A program made the position numbers and the translations under genes. 64,000 nt of DNA from Trueperaceae bacterium (GTDB taxonomy: Bacteria > Deinococcota > Deinococci > Deinococcales > Trueperaceae): positions 1,728,001-1,792,000 of the forward strand of contig OZ243927.1 in NCBI GenBank assembly GCA_965213925.1, given 5' to 3'. Shown here piece after piece: positions 28,678 to 38,927 of this stretch. Each line of letters opens with the position of its first letter. Position 1 is the stretch's first letter. The notes below the pieces were generated by a model that did no database searches, was not told where the DNA came from, and saw only the letters and a program-made list of their open reading frames with translations.

Positions 28678-30321
28678 CTAGTGGGAGCAAAGCGACGGGC
28701 TCTTAGCCTTCCACACCAACCACTTCTTCCATGTGCGCCCCACGTCCGCCTGGGCTGGCAGGGGCTGCGTGAGCTTGTAGATAGTCAGCTCGACCAGCGC
28801 TTCGTCCGGCGCGTGTTCGCAGTTCCACTTCGCCGCTAGCGCGCGGCCTAAAGCGTCGAAAAGCGCCTCCTCGTCGTCGTAAGAGTTCGCTTTCGCCATC
28901 GCCAAGCGCCACTTGCTGTTTTCCTCAAAGAGCGCGTTGGGTCTCTCTTGGTGCGCCCAGACGACGGGACCGCCCTCTTGCAGCGTGTCGACCCAGGTGC
29001 CGTTGGCGAGTTGCGCCTTGGCGACGTACCAGGTTGCGACTGTACTAGGGTTGGTGAATAGCCCCCAGTTCTGGTACAGGTTGAGCCCTCGGATGAGCGT
29101 CCAACTATGGGGTGGATACGTCAGCTTAACGATGTTCATGCTCTCTAATCCGGTCGCCACGGTGAGCGCGGCGAAAATTAACGCGAGCGTCGTGGCTAGC
29201 GCGGTACTCGCCGCCTCTCCCGCTGTGCGGATTGCTCCCTTGGCGCGGCGGTCGCCCTGCTCTACGTTTGCGCCCGGCACATCCGGTCTACCGAATAACG
29301 TAGCGGCGCGTCGCCCTAGTCGCGTTGACGTGAGTTTCGACGACAACGTTGCAACTAAGGTTATGAGGGGACGCAGCGCTCGAGCCGAGTCGTCCCAGAA
29401 CGCAGTCGGGAGTAGCGCGAGTAGGCCGGCGCTCGCGTAGAACATGAAAAAGCCGACGTCGAGCATGGTGTGAATGCCTAGATTCAGGGCGAGCAGACCC
29501 AGCACCGCTAGCGCGCGGAGCCGGCCGCGCCAGAGCGGAACGAAAAAGAGCAGGGGCAAGATGATCTCTGCCCAGGGCGTGGCGAGCGACATGAGGTGCA
29601 AGAGCGGTTCGAACTGAGCGAACCAGAGCCCGAGCGGACGAACGAGCATGTTCATGTCGAAGACGTTGCGCAGCGCGGTGCCGTTTTGCCAAAAGCTGCT
29701 GCCCAGCTTCGACGCACCCGAGGCGATGTAGAGCACCGCCATCTGCGTGAGCAGCCACAAAAAGCCTACGTAGGCAACCGGGGCAACTGGGGCAACCGGG
29801 CTTTGCGTGCGGGGCGCGTTGCGCACTCTGCCGAACGGATGCGACAGCGGCAGCCACGCCGCGATCAGCAAGAGGATGGGCGCGAGCTTGTCGCCGCCGT
29901 AATGCAGGAGGGGGTTGCGTAACACGAGTGACAGCATGAGCACCCAACTGAGCAAACTGACTAGGCGCGTCCGGTAGCCGACGAGCAGCGCGAACGCCAG
30001 CACAATCTGGAAGAGGAGCAGGGCGTAGAGGAGCCCTGGGCTCAAGAAGTGCAGCGACCAGTAGTACGCCCGCACGCCGAACAGCGTCTCCCAAATCTCT
30101 TGTGGAAGGATGCCGTCCTCGCTATAGAAGTAGGGCGCGTTTCTCAAGCGTTGCGTGAGGTCTAAAAGCAACCCTAGCGCCAACATGACGCGGAAAGCGA
30201 CCAGAGAGCGACGGTCGGGCTGAAAGTTGCGCTGAACCGCACGCTGGAGGTCTAGCCACAACCTCCCTAGCGGTGCGCGTCTCGCCGCATCTTCTTTTGC
30301 GTTCGCCAGGTGCAGCTTCAT
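28678..30321 (-). CDS. HTTM-domain membrane protein (vitamin K-dependent carboxylase-like)
   Basis: DRRSLVAFR, FYSEDGILP, LVGYRTR, RNP..YGGD, SK....WQNGTAL, LYQNWGLF. Confidence 0.85.
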   Translation of the reverse strand: MKLHLANAKEDAARRAPLGRLWLDLQRAVQRNFQPDRRSLVAFRVMLALGLLLDLTQRLRNAPYFYSEDGILPQEIWETLFGVRAYYWSLHFLSPGLLYALLLFQIVLAFALLVGYRTRLVSLLSWVLMLSLVLRNPLLHYGGDKLAPILLLIAAWLPLSHPFGRVRNAPRTQSPVAPVAPVAYVGFLWLLTQMAVLYIASGASKLGSSFWQNGTALRNVFDMNMLVRPLGLWFAQFEPLLHLMSLATPWAEIILPLLFFVPLWRGRLRALAVLGLLALNLGIHTMLDVGFFMFYASAGLLALLPTAFWDDSARALRPLITLVATLSSKLTSTRLGRRAATLFGRPDVPGANVEQGDRRAKGAIRTAGEAASTALATTLALIFAALTVATGLESMNIVKLTYPPHSWTLIRGLNLYQNWGLFTNPSTVATWYVAKAQLANGTWVDTLQEGGPVVWAHQERPNALFEENSKWRLAMAKANSYDDEEALFDALGRALAAKWNCEHAPDEALVELTIYKLTQPLPAQADVGRTWKKWLVWKAKSPSLCSH

Positions 30322-30335
30322 ACGCGGGGCTGCGG

Positions 30336-32093
30336 CTATTTTTGAGTTTCCGGGGTGGGAGTGCTGCCGAGCGCGTCCACCTCGTAGCTCAAGCGCTGCA
30401 CTTCGGACTGCGTCTTGGCTAGCTCCCCTTGGAGGTCCTCTAAACGTCCCAACTCGCTCCGCACGAAACGGGTGTAGGGGCTGATTGCGGCGTTCACCTT
30501 GTCGGTGGCGCGGCGCAGCTCGTCTCCAAACTGCGCGCCTAAGCGCTCCTCCAAGCCGTCCCGTAGCGCTTGCATCCGCTCGTGGAGGTCGCGTTTGGCG
30601 GCGCGGCGTCGGCGCGGCAGCACGAGAAGACCCAAGCTCGTCACGGCGAGCCCCGCGACGACGCCTGTGACGTCCAAAGCTGCGCCCGATAAAAAGGCAA
30701 CTGCCGCTGCCCCCAAGCCGATGCCGCCCACCTGGATCAGTCCGGTCTGCATAACCGCGCCCTGCAGCGAATTCGCCAGGCGACGCGACTCGGCGTTCTC
30801 GTCGTAGGTCTCTAAAATTTCTTCGGCGCTGCTGCCGAGCGAGCGGATCAGCGCGTCGCGGTCGTACTGAAACTTGCCGCCGACCTCGCCCATGACCCCC
30901 TCGCGGCTCGACTTGCGCCGCTCCTTCACGAACGCCATCACGTCTTCCCAGAGCTGCAAGTTGCGCTGGATAAACCAGTCCACCATCTCGCTGACGGCCC
31001 GGTCGATGTCACGGTCCGCGCCCCGGATGACCTGCGCCTCGAACTGCTCGCGTATGCGCTCAGAATTGATCAAGCTGCCGACCTTTTGTATGCGTATGGT
31101 GTCGTCGAAGAAAACCTCGCCGCGCCGCTCGACCTCTAGGAGCACGGTCTTGACCCGCGCCAGGTAGCTCTCGAACTCGCGCTGCATGTCGCGCTCGAAC
31201 TGCTTGAGCTGCCTGTCCACCGCGTCCAAGGTGCGGCGGTCGTCGCCGAGCAGGACGAGGCGCTCGCTGATCACGTCGCGGTAGGTGCTCGAGACCCGCT
31301 TGGCGATTCCCAAGGGCGTACCCAACTTGAGCTTGAGGCGCTCTTCGGCGGCTAAGGCGGTCTCGATGTAGCGCTCGAGTTCCCGTAGCCCGGTTTCCTG
31401 AAGCGCCGCGTCGTCTCGGTCTTGCCGCGCTCTAAACGCATCTCGAGCCGCCACGCCGAAGACCTCGGGGGTTACGTCCAGCGTTTTATGGGCGTGCTCG
31501 CTCACGAACGACAGGACCTTCTGCCGCTCCGCGTCGCCCAAAATATCGATCTTGTTGACGACGACGACGACCTTCTTGCCCCACGAGCGGATCAGCTCCA
31601 AAAAGCCCCGCTCGCTCTCGGTGAAGGGTCTGTCGGCGGAGGTGACGAAGAGCACCAGGTCGGCGCGGGGGATAAAGCCCTCCGTCAGCTCCTGGTGCTG
31701 GCGGATAACCGCATTCGTGCCGGGCGTGTCGACCAGCGCGACCTCGCGCAAGATGTCGGCGGGATACTCGCGCCGCACCACGAAGCCGCGCTCCTCGGTG
31801 ACGCGCTCCTCCTTGCCGTACGAGACGATGGTGATGCGGTCCGTGGTGGGCGTGACGCCTTCGGGCATGACGTGTGCGCCCAAAAGCGCATTGACAAAGG
31901 TGGACTTGCCCGCGTTGTATTCGCCGCACACGACTAGCAGGAACAGACCCTCCAGGTCACGCAACGCCCTCTTAATTTCTTCTACGTCGCGCGGCGCGGC
32001 GTCTAAGCGTCCTAACAGTGTGCTGAGGTCGGCGAGCACCGACCGTTCGCGCCGTATGAGGTCACGAGCGGCGTCGCTCATGTCGAGATTCAT
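30336..32093 (-). CDS. Dynamin-like GTPase
   Basis: GEYNAGKS, GVTPTT, DTPG, NKID; long helical stalk with a C-terminal hydrophobic hairpin. Confidence 0.9.
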   Translation of the reverse strand: MNLDMSDAARDLIRRERSVLADLSTLLGRLDAAPRDVEEIKRALRDLEGLFLLVVCGEYNAGKSTFVNALLGAHVMPEGVTPTTDRITIVSYGKEERVTEERGFVVRREYPADILREVALVDTPGTNAVIRQHQELTEGFIPRADLVLFVTSADRPFTESERGFLELIRSWGKKVVVVVNKIDILGDAERQKVLSFVSEHAHKTLDVTPEVFGVAARDAFRARQDRDDAALQETGLRELERYIETALAAEERLKLKLGTPLGIAKRVSSTYRDVISERLVLLGDDRRTLDAVDRQLKQFERDMQREFESYLARVKTVLLEVERRGEVFFDDTIRIQKVGSLINSERIREQFEAQVIRGADRDIDRAVSEMVDWFIQRNLQLWEDVMAFVKERRKSSREGVMGEVGGKFQYDRDALIRSLGSSAEEILETYDENAESRRLANSLQGAVMQTGLIQVGGIGLGAAAVAFLSGAALDVTGVVAGLAVTSLGLLVLPRRRRAAKRDLHERMQALRDGLEERLGAQFGDELRRATDKVNAAISPYTRFVRSELGRLEDLQGELAKTQSEVQRLSYEVDALGSTPTPETQK

Positions 32094-32239
32094 GGACGTA
32101 CCATATCATGCGCACTACGAGTATCCTCTGGTCACGGACACGCGCGGTGAAACGTATGCTGTCTAACACGTACTTCAATGGGTGGTTCTCGTGCAATCTA
32201 CCCGCAGTTTCCCGAGATAAGTGCTCGCACCTATTTAAG

Positions 32240-32473
32240 CACACCGTTAAGCAAGTATTGCTACTTATTAGTATGTCACCCTGTTCACGAAGTAGAGCGG
32301 AGCTTCGCCGAAGGCGTGAGGGTCTCGTTTAGCTACGCTAAAACTCTGTAACTTTCATTCTCTGTCAGAGGAGTCAGCAAGGGCAGAGATTCTTACACTC
32401 CGCGGAGTCTATCCTACGCCCGCCGTAGGGCTCCGTTCAGAATGACACGACTTATTTTTTACTTAACGCTGTA
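32240..32473 (-). mobile_element. MITE family A copy 5
   Basis: CACACCGTTAAGCAAG ... TTTACTTAACGCTGTA; inner modules in reverse orientation; no clean target duplication. Confidence 0.88.
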
Positions 32474-32595
32474 GTAGTGAGTATCCTCTATCTTCCAAAG
32501 CTTTCCCCTTCGCAACTCGCCCCGATATCGTCTTCGCGCCTCTGGGCTAAAGTGTTTATGTTTGCTAAGCTCGAGCCAGAAACCGGAGGAGCGAG

Positions 32596-34179
32596 ATGAC
32601 AACGGAAGCCGCCAACGTACCCGAAACGATGAAAAGGCTCAAAGCGGAACTCGCCGTTTTAGAGGATTTGTCGCAGGCGCAGAGCCTGCTCTCCTGGGAC
32701 CAGAACACCTACATGCCAGATGGCGCGGCCACAGCGCGCGCTCAGCAGATGGCGACTTTGAGTAAACTGAGTCACGAGCGGCTTACCAACCCCAGCGTGA
32801 GAGAGATGCTGAGCACGCTGGAGAGCGCCGCTCCTTCTAAAGACAGTACTGAAAGTGGCGCTGAGGACGATGCTGAGAGCGCGTCAGATAAAGAGGATGA
32901 CGCGGCGCTTTTAGAGGTGACGCGCCGCAACGTGGCGCGGGCGGTCAAGTTGCCGAGCGACTTCGTCGAGGACTTTACCAAAGCGCGTTCGGCGGGTCAG
33001 CAAGCCTGGATTAGAGCGCGCGCGAACGCCGACTTCGCGCTTTTTGCGCCCCACTTGGACAAGATATTGGACTTCGCGCGGCGGCAAGCGGACTATCTAG
33101 GCTACGACGACCACCCCTACGACGCGCTCCACGACCTCTACGAACGGGGCTCGAGCACCGCCAAGGTCAGGACCGTCTTCGCCGAACTCCGCGACGCCAC
33201 CGTGCCGCTCGTCAAAGACGTGGTGGAAAAGGGGCGCGATATTGACGACTCGAGCGTCCATCAGCCCTTTGGCGAAGCCTTGCAAGAACAGTTTGGCACC
33301 GAAGTCGTGAAGAGTTTTGGCTACGACTTTGAACACGGGCGCTTAGACCGCACGGTGCACCCTTTCGCGACGGGCATCAGCAAGTACGACGTGCGCATCA
33401 CGACGCGCTATCAGCCCGACTTTCTCAACCCCGCGCTCTTCGGCACCATGCACGAGGCGGGGCACGCGATGTACGAGCAAGGAATTGCCAGCCGCTACGA
33501 CCGCTCGCCGCTCGGCAACGCGGTAAGTTTGGGGATTCACGAGTCGCAGTCGCGCTTGTGGGAGAACCTGGTGGGGCGGAGTTACGGCTTTTGGGAGTTC
33601 TACTATCCGCGCTTACAAGAGGTCTTTCCCGCGCAGCTAGGCGAGGTCTCGCTGGACGACTTTTACGCGGCGATCAATAAGCTCGAGCCCAGCCTCATCC
33701 GCGTCGAGGCGGACGAAGTGACCTACAACCTTCACGTGATGGTGCGCTTCGAGTTGGAGCTGGCGCTCTTGGAGGGGTCGCTCTCCGTTCAGGACCTGCC
33801 GGACGCCTGGAACGCCAAGTACGAGGATTACTTGGGGCTCACCCCGCCCGACAACGCGCAAGGGTGCTTACAAGATATCCACTGGTCGTTCGGTGCCATC
33901 GGCTACTTCCCGACCTACACGCTAGGCAACATCATGAGCGTGCAACTCTTCGAGGCGGCGAAGCGGGCGCACCCAGAGTTAGAAAAGGAGATTCGGCAGG
34001 GGACGTTCACGACGCTTCTAGGCTGGCTGCGGGGCACCATTCACCAGCACGGCTCCAAGTACGAGCCCAGCGACCTCTTGCAACGCGCGGTCGGCGGCGA
34101 GCTTGATGCGAAACCCTACATCAACTACCTGAACACGAAGTTCCGTTCGCTCTACGGCGTGGAGGAGGGTGATTCATGA
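32596..34179 (+). CDS. Carboxypeptidase Taq (M32)
   Basis: HPF, HEAGH, HESQS, IRVEADE, QDIHW, GYFPTY. Confidence 0.95.
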   Translation: MTTEAANVPETMKRLKAELAVLEDLSQAQSLLSWDQNTYMPDGAATARAQQMATLSKLSHERLTNPSVREMLSTLESAAPSKDSTESGAEDDAESASDKEDDAALLEVTRRNVARAVKLPSDFVEDFTKARSAGQQAWIRARANADFALFAPHLDKILDFARRQADYLGYDDHPYDALHDLYERGSSTAKVRTVFAELRDATVPLVKDVVEKGRDIDDSSVHQPFGEALQEQFGTEVVKSFGYDFEHGRLDRTVHPFATGISKYDVRITTRYQPDFLNPALFGTMHEAGHAMYEQGIASRYDRSPLGNAVSLGIHESQSRLWENLVGRSYGFWEFYYPRLQEVFPAQLGEVSLDDFYAAINKLEPSLIRVEADEVTYNLHVMVRFELELALLEGSLSVQDLPDAWNAKYEDYLGLTPPDNAQGCLQDIHWSFGAIGYFPTYTLGNIMSVQLFEAAKRAHPELEKEIRQGTFTTLLGWLRGTIHQHGSKYEPSDLLQRAVGGELDAKPYINYLNTKFRSLYGVEEGDS

Positions 34180-34201
34180 ACCACCTCTTATTATGTCTTA
34201 G

Positions 34202-34401
34202 TACTCCGTCAGATAGAGAAGGAGTGAGGTCATTCTGAACTAGGTTAGAGCAAAGCTCAATAGGCTCTTAGCCTTCACCTGTGTAGTGCAGCGAAGTGAA
34301 GAATCTCTGCATTCGCCTTCTTGTCTAGCCGAGAGTGCGAGGCGAGACCCCTCGACGTGGCTCGGGGTGACAACAATGTTGCAAAACTAGTTGACGGTGT
34401 A
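34202..34401 (+). mobile_element. MITE family A copy 6
   Basis: CTTAG duplicated at 34197-34201 and 34402-34406; same inner REP-like doublet. Confidence 0.88.
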
Positions 34402-34464
34402 CTTAGAGCAGCGCGGTTCGTCAGTACAGAGAACACGGAAGCGTAGCTTTGAGTTTCGACATCC

Positions 34465-35100
34465 TTACACAGGTGCTTGCGAAGCTGAGAGCGCGTCCAG
34501 GGCTTGCAAAAACGTCCCGACAGGTTGCGCGCCCGAAAGCCCATGTGTGCCGTTAAAGACGTAAAAAGGAACGCCCGAGATGCCCAAACGCTGCGCCTCT
34601 TCCTGACTCTCCCAGACCTCTTGCGTGTAAGCGTCGCCCCGCAAGGTCGCCTCAGCCTCCTCTAACCCGACCTCTTGCGCCACTTCTAAGAGGTCATCCA
34701 AACGGTTCAAGTTCCGCCCGTGGGCGAAGTACCCCCGAAAGAGCGCGCGCGCCGTCTCCCAGGCTTTACCCTGACGAGACGCCAGCAGCACGAGCCGGTG
34801 CGCGTCCACCGTATTGGGCGCACTCGCCACGCGCCCGAAGTCGAAGGTTAAACCTTCTGCCTCGGCAAGGTGCGTCACCTGCGCGAAGGCAGCTTCGGCG
34901 TTACGCATGCCGCCGAACTTTTCCTCCGCGAAGTCGCGCCAGGGCAGCCCCTCCGCGGGCATCTCGGGGCGAAGCTGGAAGGGACGCCAGCGCCGCGTAA
35001 CCTCGAGTTCTGACCGTTCAGCCAACGCGCTTTCCAACCGCGCCTCACCGATGACGCACCAAGGGCAGACGATGTCGGCATAAATGTCGATATGAAGCAA
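34465..35100 (-). CDS. DsbA/FrnE-family oxidoreductase
   Basis: DIVCPWC, PNTVDAHRL, GISGVPF, SGAQP; TTG start after GGAGG. Confidence 0.9.
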   Translation of the reverse strand: MLHIDIYADIVCPWCVIGEARLESALAERSELEVTRRWRPFQLRPEMPAEGLPWRDFAEEKFGGMRNAEAAFAQVTHLAEAEGLTFDFGRVASAPNTVDAHRLVLLASRQGKAWETARALFRGYFAHGRNLNRLDDLLEVAQEVGLEEAEATLRGDAYTQEVWESQEEAQRLGISGVPFYVFNGTHGLSGAQPVGTFLQALDALSASQAPV

Positions 35101-35138
35101 AGTAAAACCTCCAGACAAGGGTATGGAATCAATACTGT

Positions 35139-35230
35139 AGCAATCTAGTCGAGCTGGTTACGCAGTCTCCCGTAGGGAACGAACGGTGAGTTCCGAGCAA
35201 TGAGTGAAAATCCTTAGACTCATTGCTCAT
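35139..35230. repeat. Repeat family B copy, interrupted by MITE A
   Basis: AGCAATCTAGTCGAGCTGGTTACGCAGTCTCC...GAACGAACGGTGAG, near-identical to 57335-57384. Confidence 0.8.
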
Positions 35231-35422
35231 TACAGCGTGAACTAAAAAATGAGTTGTGCCATTCTGAATCCTACAGCGAGCTATAGGATAGACTCCGCGC
35301 AGCGTAGTGAAAGAATCTCTGACCTTGCTGACTCCTCTGACTGAGATTGCAAGGCGAGACCCCTCGGCTGGGCTCGGGGTGACAAGTAAGAGGTTGTATT
35401 ATAGAATTTGCTTAACGGTGTA
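35231..35422 (+). mobile_element. MITE family A copy 7
   Basis: CTCAT duplicated at 35226-35230 and 35423-35427. Confidence 0.9.
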
Positions 35423-35432
35423 CTCATTGCTA

Positions 35433-36065
35433 TCAATAACTCACCACCGGCGCATCGTGAACGTACGTATCGTCCGCCACTTGTTCAAGCATGAAGTCGG
35501 CGGTGTCGGCGTGGGAGATTTGGGTGCTCGAGTTCTTTCCCACGTACCCTACGCGGTACGTTCCCGTGTGGGCTCCGTTCGTGAGCCGAGGGCCGCGCAC
35601 CATCACCCAGTCGATATCTCTGTTTTGGCGGAGCACCTCGGCGTGGTTCTTCGCGTCTTCTAACACCTTGCCTGCGAAGGTCTTGAGTAAAAAGCGGATG
35701 ACTTTGTCGGCAAACTTGGGCTCGTCGTTCGGGTCTTCGACGCCTGCGCCCGTCAAGCTGACGAAGCGTTTCACGCCGCGCCGCTTCATCGCCGCGATGA
35801 TATGCCCCGTCGCCACGGTCTGCACGTCGTCGGGCGAGCCCTTCGCGTGACCGAGGGCGCTCAGTACGGCGTCTGCGCCGATGATGATGCGGTCTACGTC
35901 GTGGGGGTCCGTGGCGTCGCCCTGCACGAGCATAAGGTCAGGGCTCTGAATGGGGAGCTTGGACGGCGTGCGCACGAGCGCCGTCACCTCATGACCTTGT
36001 GCTAACGCCTGTTCTACGAGCGGTCGTCCTGTTTTTCCTGTTGCACCAAAAATCGCGAGTTTCAT
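35433..36065 (-). CDS. NAD(P)-binding oxidoreductase (flavin reductase-like atypical SDR)
   Basis: IFGATGKTG, DWVMVRGPRL. Confidence 0.88.
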   Translation of the reverse strand: MKLAIFGATGKTGRPLVEQALAQGHEVTALVRTPSKLPIQSPDLMLVQGDATDPHDVDRIIIGADAVLSALGHAKGSPDDVQTVATGHIIAAMKRRGVKRFVSLTGAGVEDPNDEPKFADKVIRFLLKTFAGKVLEDAKNHAEVLRQNRDIDWVMVRGPRLTNGAHTGTYRVGYVGKNSSTQISHADTADFMLEQVADDTYVHDAPVVSY

Positions 36066-36068
36066 TCT

Positions 36069-36974
36069 TTATTTTACCGTCTGCCCTTGAAACGCCTCTG
36101 CGTGCTGGCGCGCCCACATTTCCAAAGAGGTCAGCTCGATAGGCATTTTCTCGAGCGCCGCGTCTAGGTCGACGCTCGAGGAGAACATCTCCGGGTGCTC
36201 GTACGCCATCGCGTAACCCTGCGCCGCGCTCTCGCCCATGCCGGGGAAAACCGCGTCGATTTTCTCGCCGAATTCGGACGCGGGCATCGGGCGGAAGGTG
36301 ACGTCTCGCTCTAAGCCTCGGCTGAAACGTTTCGCGACCTCCGTGCCGCTGAGCTTCTCGGGGCCGCACACCTTGATGTTGAGGTCGGCAAGCTCGGGGT
36401 GCTCTAGGGCGTACACCGCAAAGGACGCCATGTCGTCCGTCGCGACCCACTGCATCTGTACGGTGTCGGGCGTCGGATAGGCGAACACATCATCTTCGGC
36501 AAGCTCGGCGCGCGTCCACGGACCCAAGAAGTTCTCCATGTAAGCGGTCGGCTGCAACACGACGTGCGGCAGACCGCTCGCCTGCAGATGCTCCAGGATG
36601 TCAAGGCGCACGTCGAAGCCGGGGTTGCCGCTACGCTCAGGGGGAATCTCGCCGCTGGTATTCCAGACCAAAAGGTCCACGCCCGCCGCTTTCGCCGCGT
36701 CGATAGCGTTCTTCCCGTAAGTGACGCCGTCGGTGGGGTTCTGGGTGAAGAAGGGGACGAGCAAGAAGACGGCGTCCATTCCTTCGCTCGCACGCTTTAG
36801 GGCTTCTAAGTCGCCCATATCGCCCTCGAAAACCTCTGTGCCGGCCAAGTCCTCGGCTCTGCTGGGGTTCCTTGTCACCACACGCACGCCGTGTCCCGCG
36901 TCTAAGAGTTTTTTCGCTACGGGTTTAGCTTGTGAGCCAGTTGCACCGTAGACTAATACGTTTTGGTTCGTCAT
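36069..36974 (-). CDS. NmrA-family NAD(P)-binding protein
   Basis: VYGATGSQ, LQPTAYMENF; ATG 36974 after AAAGGAG. Confidence 0.88.
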   Translation of the reverse strand: MTNQNVLVYGATGSQAKPVAKKLLDAGHGVRVVTRNPSRAEDLAGTEVFEGDMGDLEALKRASEGMDAVFLLVPFFTQNPTDGVTYGKNAIDAAKAAGVDLLVWNTSGEIPPERSGNPGFDVRLDILEHLQASGLPHVVLQPTAYMENFLGPWTRAELAEDDVFAYPTPDTVQMQWVATDDMASFAVYALEHPELADLNIKVCGPEKLSGTEVAKRFSRGLERDVTFRPMPASEFGEKIDAVFPGMGESAAQGYAMAYEHPEMFSSSVDLDAALEKMPIELTSLEMWARQHAEAFQGQTVK

Positions 36975-37159
36975 ATCGCTCCTTTGTTTTGATGAACGCT
37001 CGCCTAGTAAGAAAGGCATAAAACGAGTTTAGCAGCAAAAGTTCTATTTGTGAAGTAGTATCTAAAAAGTAACTAAAAGAGGCTCGAGTAACGTTTTGGC
37101 GGCGCAGGCGAGGCGGGCACGCTTGACGAAGCTTACCCGCTGTAACATAATTTTAGGTA

Positions 37160-37489
37160 ATGAACCGAGATTACCAGGATAAAGTGGCGAATACGCCCCA
37201 GTGTACCGTCGAACGTACCGTCAACATCATCGGTGGCAAGTGGACGACGCTGATCGTGCGCGAGCTGCTAGGCGGCACGAAGCGCTTCGGCGAAATACGC
37301 ACCTCTTTAACCGGCGTGAGCCCGAAAACGCTGACCGACCGGTTGCGTGAACTCGAGGCGCACGGTATTTTAGAGCGGGAGGTCTACGCCGAAGTGCCGC
37401 CCAGGGTCGAGTATTCGCTGACTGAAAGGGGCAGGGCGCTCAGACCGATTTTCGACGCGATGAGTGAATGGGGGGGCAAGTGGACATAA
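37160..37489 (+). CDS. HxlR-family transcriptional regulator
   Basis: IGGKW, RFGEI, LRELE, VPPRVEYSLT; divergent from the NmrA/SDR pair. Confidence 0.92.
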   Translation: MNRDYQDKVANTPQCTVERTVNIIGGKWTTLIVRELLGGTKRFGEIRTSLTGVSPKTLTDRLRELEAHGILEREVYAEVPPRVEYSLTERGRALRPIFDAMSEWGGKWT

Positions 37490-37508
37490 AGAACATGGGG
37501 GAGCCGAG

Positions 37509-38447
37509 TTGGTTTCCTCATTAGGAACACTTAACAGTCTGGAGCGGGTGGCGCTAGGCGGTCTGGAGCAGACCCTCCTCTTGCGCGGTTCGCCCCGTAA
37601 CCCGGTGCTGCTCTTTTTGCACGGCGGACCCGGCGTCTCTGAGATGAGTTTGTCGCCTTACATGCGAGCCTTGGAGCGGCATTTTTTGGTCGTTCACTGG
37701 GACCAGCGCGGCGCAGGTCGGAGCTTCTTGCCGGGCATGTCGCGTGAATTTATGACGCTCGAGCAGCTCATCGCCGACACCAAAGACCTCGCTAAAACTT
37801 TACAAGGACGCTTTCAGCGGGAGAAGCTCCTGCTCGTCGGTCACTCGTGGGGTAGCGCCTTGGGCGCGCTCACCGCGCAACGTTACCCCGAGCTGTTTCA
37901 CGCGCTCGTGGGTGTGGGTCCGCTCGTGCACGGTCAGGAGAACGAGACGCGCTTTTACAACTACGTCCTCGCGAGGGCGCAGCAGCTTAAACGCATGGCG
38001 ACCTTGCGCCGCCTGCACCTCTTAGGCGAGCCCGACGCGGCGGCGAACAGCTTCTTGATGCGTTGGTGGTGGCTCTACCGGATGGGCAATCTCTTCTATC
38101 AGTCGAGAGACCTCTTCCCGGCGCTCTGGACGGGGGTGCGCTTCTATATGCCTAGAGAGGTGCCGCGCTACTTTCAGGCGCTCTTTTTTTCCCTGGAGTC
38201 CCTTTGGTCCACCAAGCTGCGGCTCAACCTCTTCGAGAGCGCCGCCTCGCTGCAGGTGCCCCTGTACCTCTTCGCGGGGCGTCACGACGTGGTCACGCCT
38301 ACCGACTTAGCGCAGGCCTATTTTCACGAGGTGGACGCGCCGCATAAAGAACTCGTGTGGTTCGAGCGTTCGGCGCACTGTCCGCATTTGGAAGAGCCGG
38401 AGAGCTTCGCGCAAGCCTTGGCGAGCCGAGTTTTACCTCTTGTTTAG
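37509..38447 (+). CDS. Alpha/beta hydrolase (proline iminopeptidase-like)
   Basis: LHGGPG, WDQRGAG, GHSWG, SAHCPHLEE; start uncertain. Confidence 0.85.
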   Translation: MVSSLGTLNSLERVALGGLEQTLLLRGSPRNPVLLFLHGGPGVSEMSLSPYMRALERHFLVVHWDQRGAGRSFLPGMSREFMTLEQLIADTKDLAKTLQGRFQREKLLLVGHSWGSALGALTAQRYPELFHALVGVGPLVHGQENETRFYNYVLARAQQLKRMATLRRLHLLGEPDAAANSFLMRWWWLYRMGNLFYQSRDLFPALWTGVRFYMPREVPRYFQALFFSLESLWSTKLRLNLFESAASLQVPLYLFAGRHDVVTPTDLAQAYFHEVDAPHKELVWFERSAHCPHLEEPESFAQALASRVLPLV

Positions 38448-38458
38448 CAAACGCTTAT

Positions 38459-38647
38459 TACTCTGTCAACTAAATAATGAGTGATGTCATTCTGAGCGGA
38501 GCCCTACGACGAGCGTAGGATAGACTCCGCGGAGTGAAAGAATCTCTGCATTTGCCTTCTCCTCTGACAGAGAAGGAAAGACGAGACCCTCACGCCTTCG
38601 GCTCAGGGTGACATGTTAATAAGTAGCAATACTTTGTTTACGGTGTA
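38459..38647 (+). mobile_element. MITE family A copy 8
   Basis: CTTAT duplicated at 38454-38458 and 38648-38652. Confidence 0.9.
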
Positions 38648-38652
38648 CTTAT

Positions 38653-38868
38653 TATAGCGTTAAGTTGAGAAAATAAGGCATGTCATTCTGAGCCCTACAG
38701 CGAGCTATAGGATAGACTCCACGCAGTGGAGCGTAAGAATCTCTGCCCTTGCTGACTCCTCTGACAGAGAATGAAAAGCGAGACCCTTACGCCTTCGCCG
38801 AAGCTCCGCTCTACTTCGTGAACAGGGTGACATCAGTAAGAAGGCGTCAATACTTAGTTTACAGTGTA
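38653..38868 (+). mobile_element. MITE family A copy 9, tandem to copy 8
   Basis: TATAGCGTTAAG ... TTAGTTTACAGTGTA; flanks CTTAT / CTCAC. Confidence 0.88.
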
Positions 38869-38927
38869 CTCACTTAGCAAACGCTTATTTAGTAAAGAGG
38901 TCCATCGACACCCTAAATTTGTCATCC

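Noticed and set aside
34275..35663. ORFs 34275-34544 and 35307-35663 as genes
   Set aside because: They run through MITE sequence or lie antisense to real genes.
38459..38868. Tandem repeats as a CRISPR array
   Set aside because: Units are ~200-bp TIR elements without unique spacers; no cas genes in the window.
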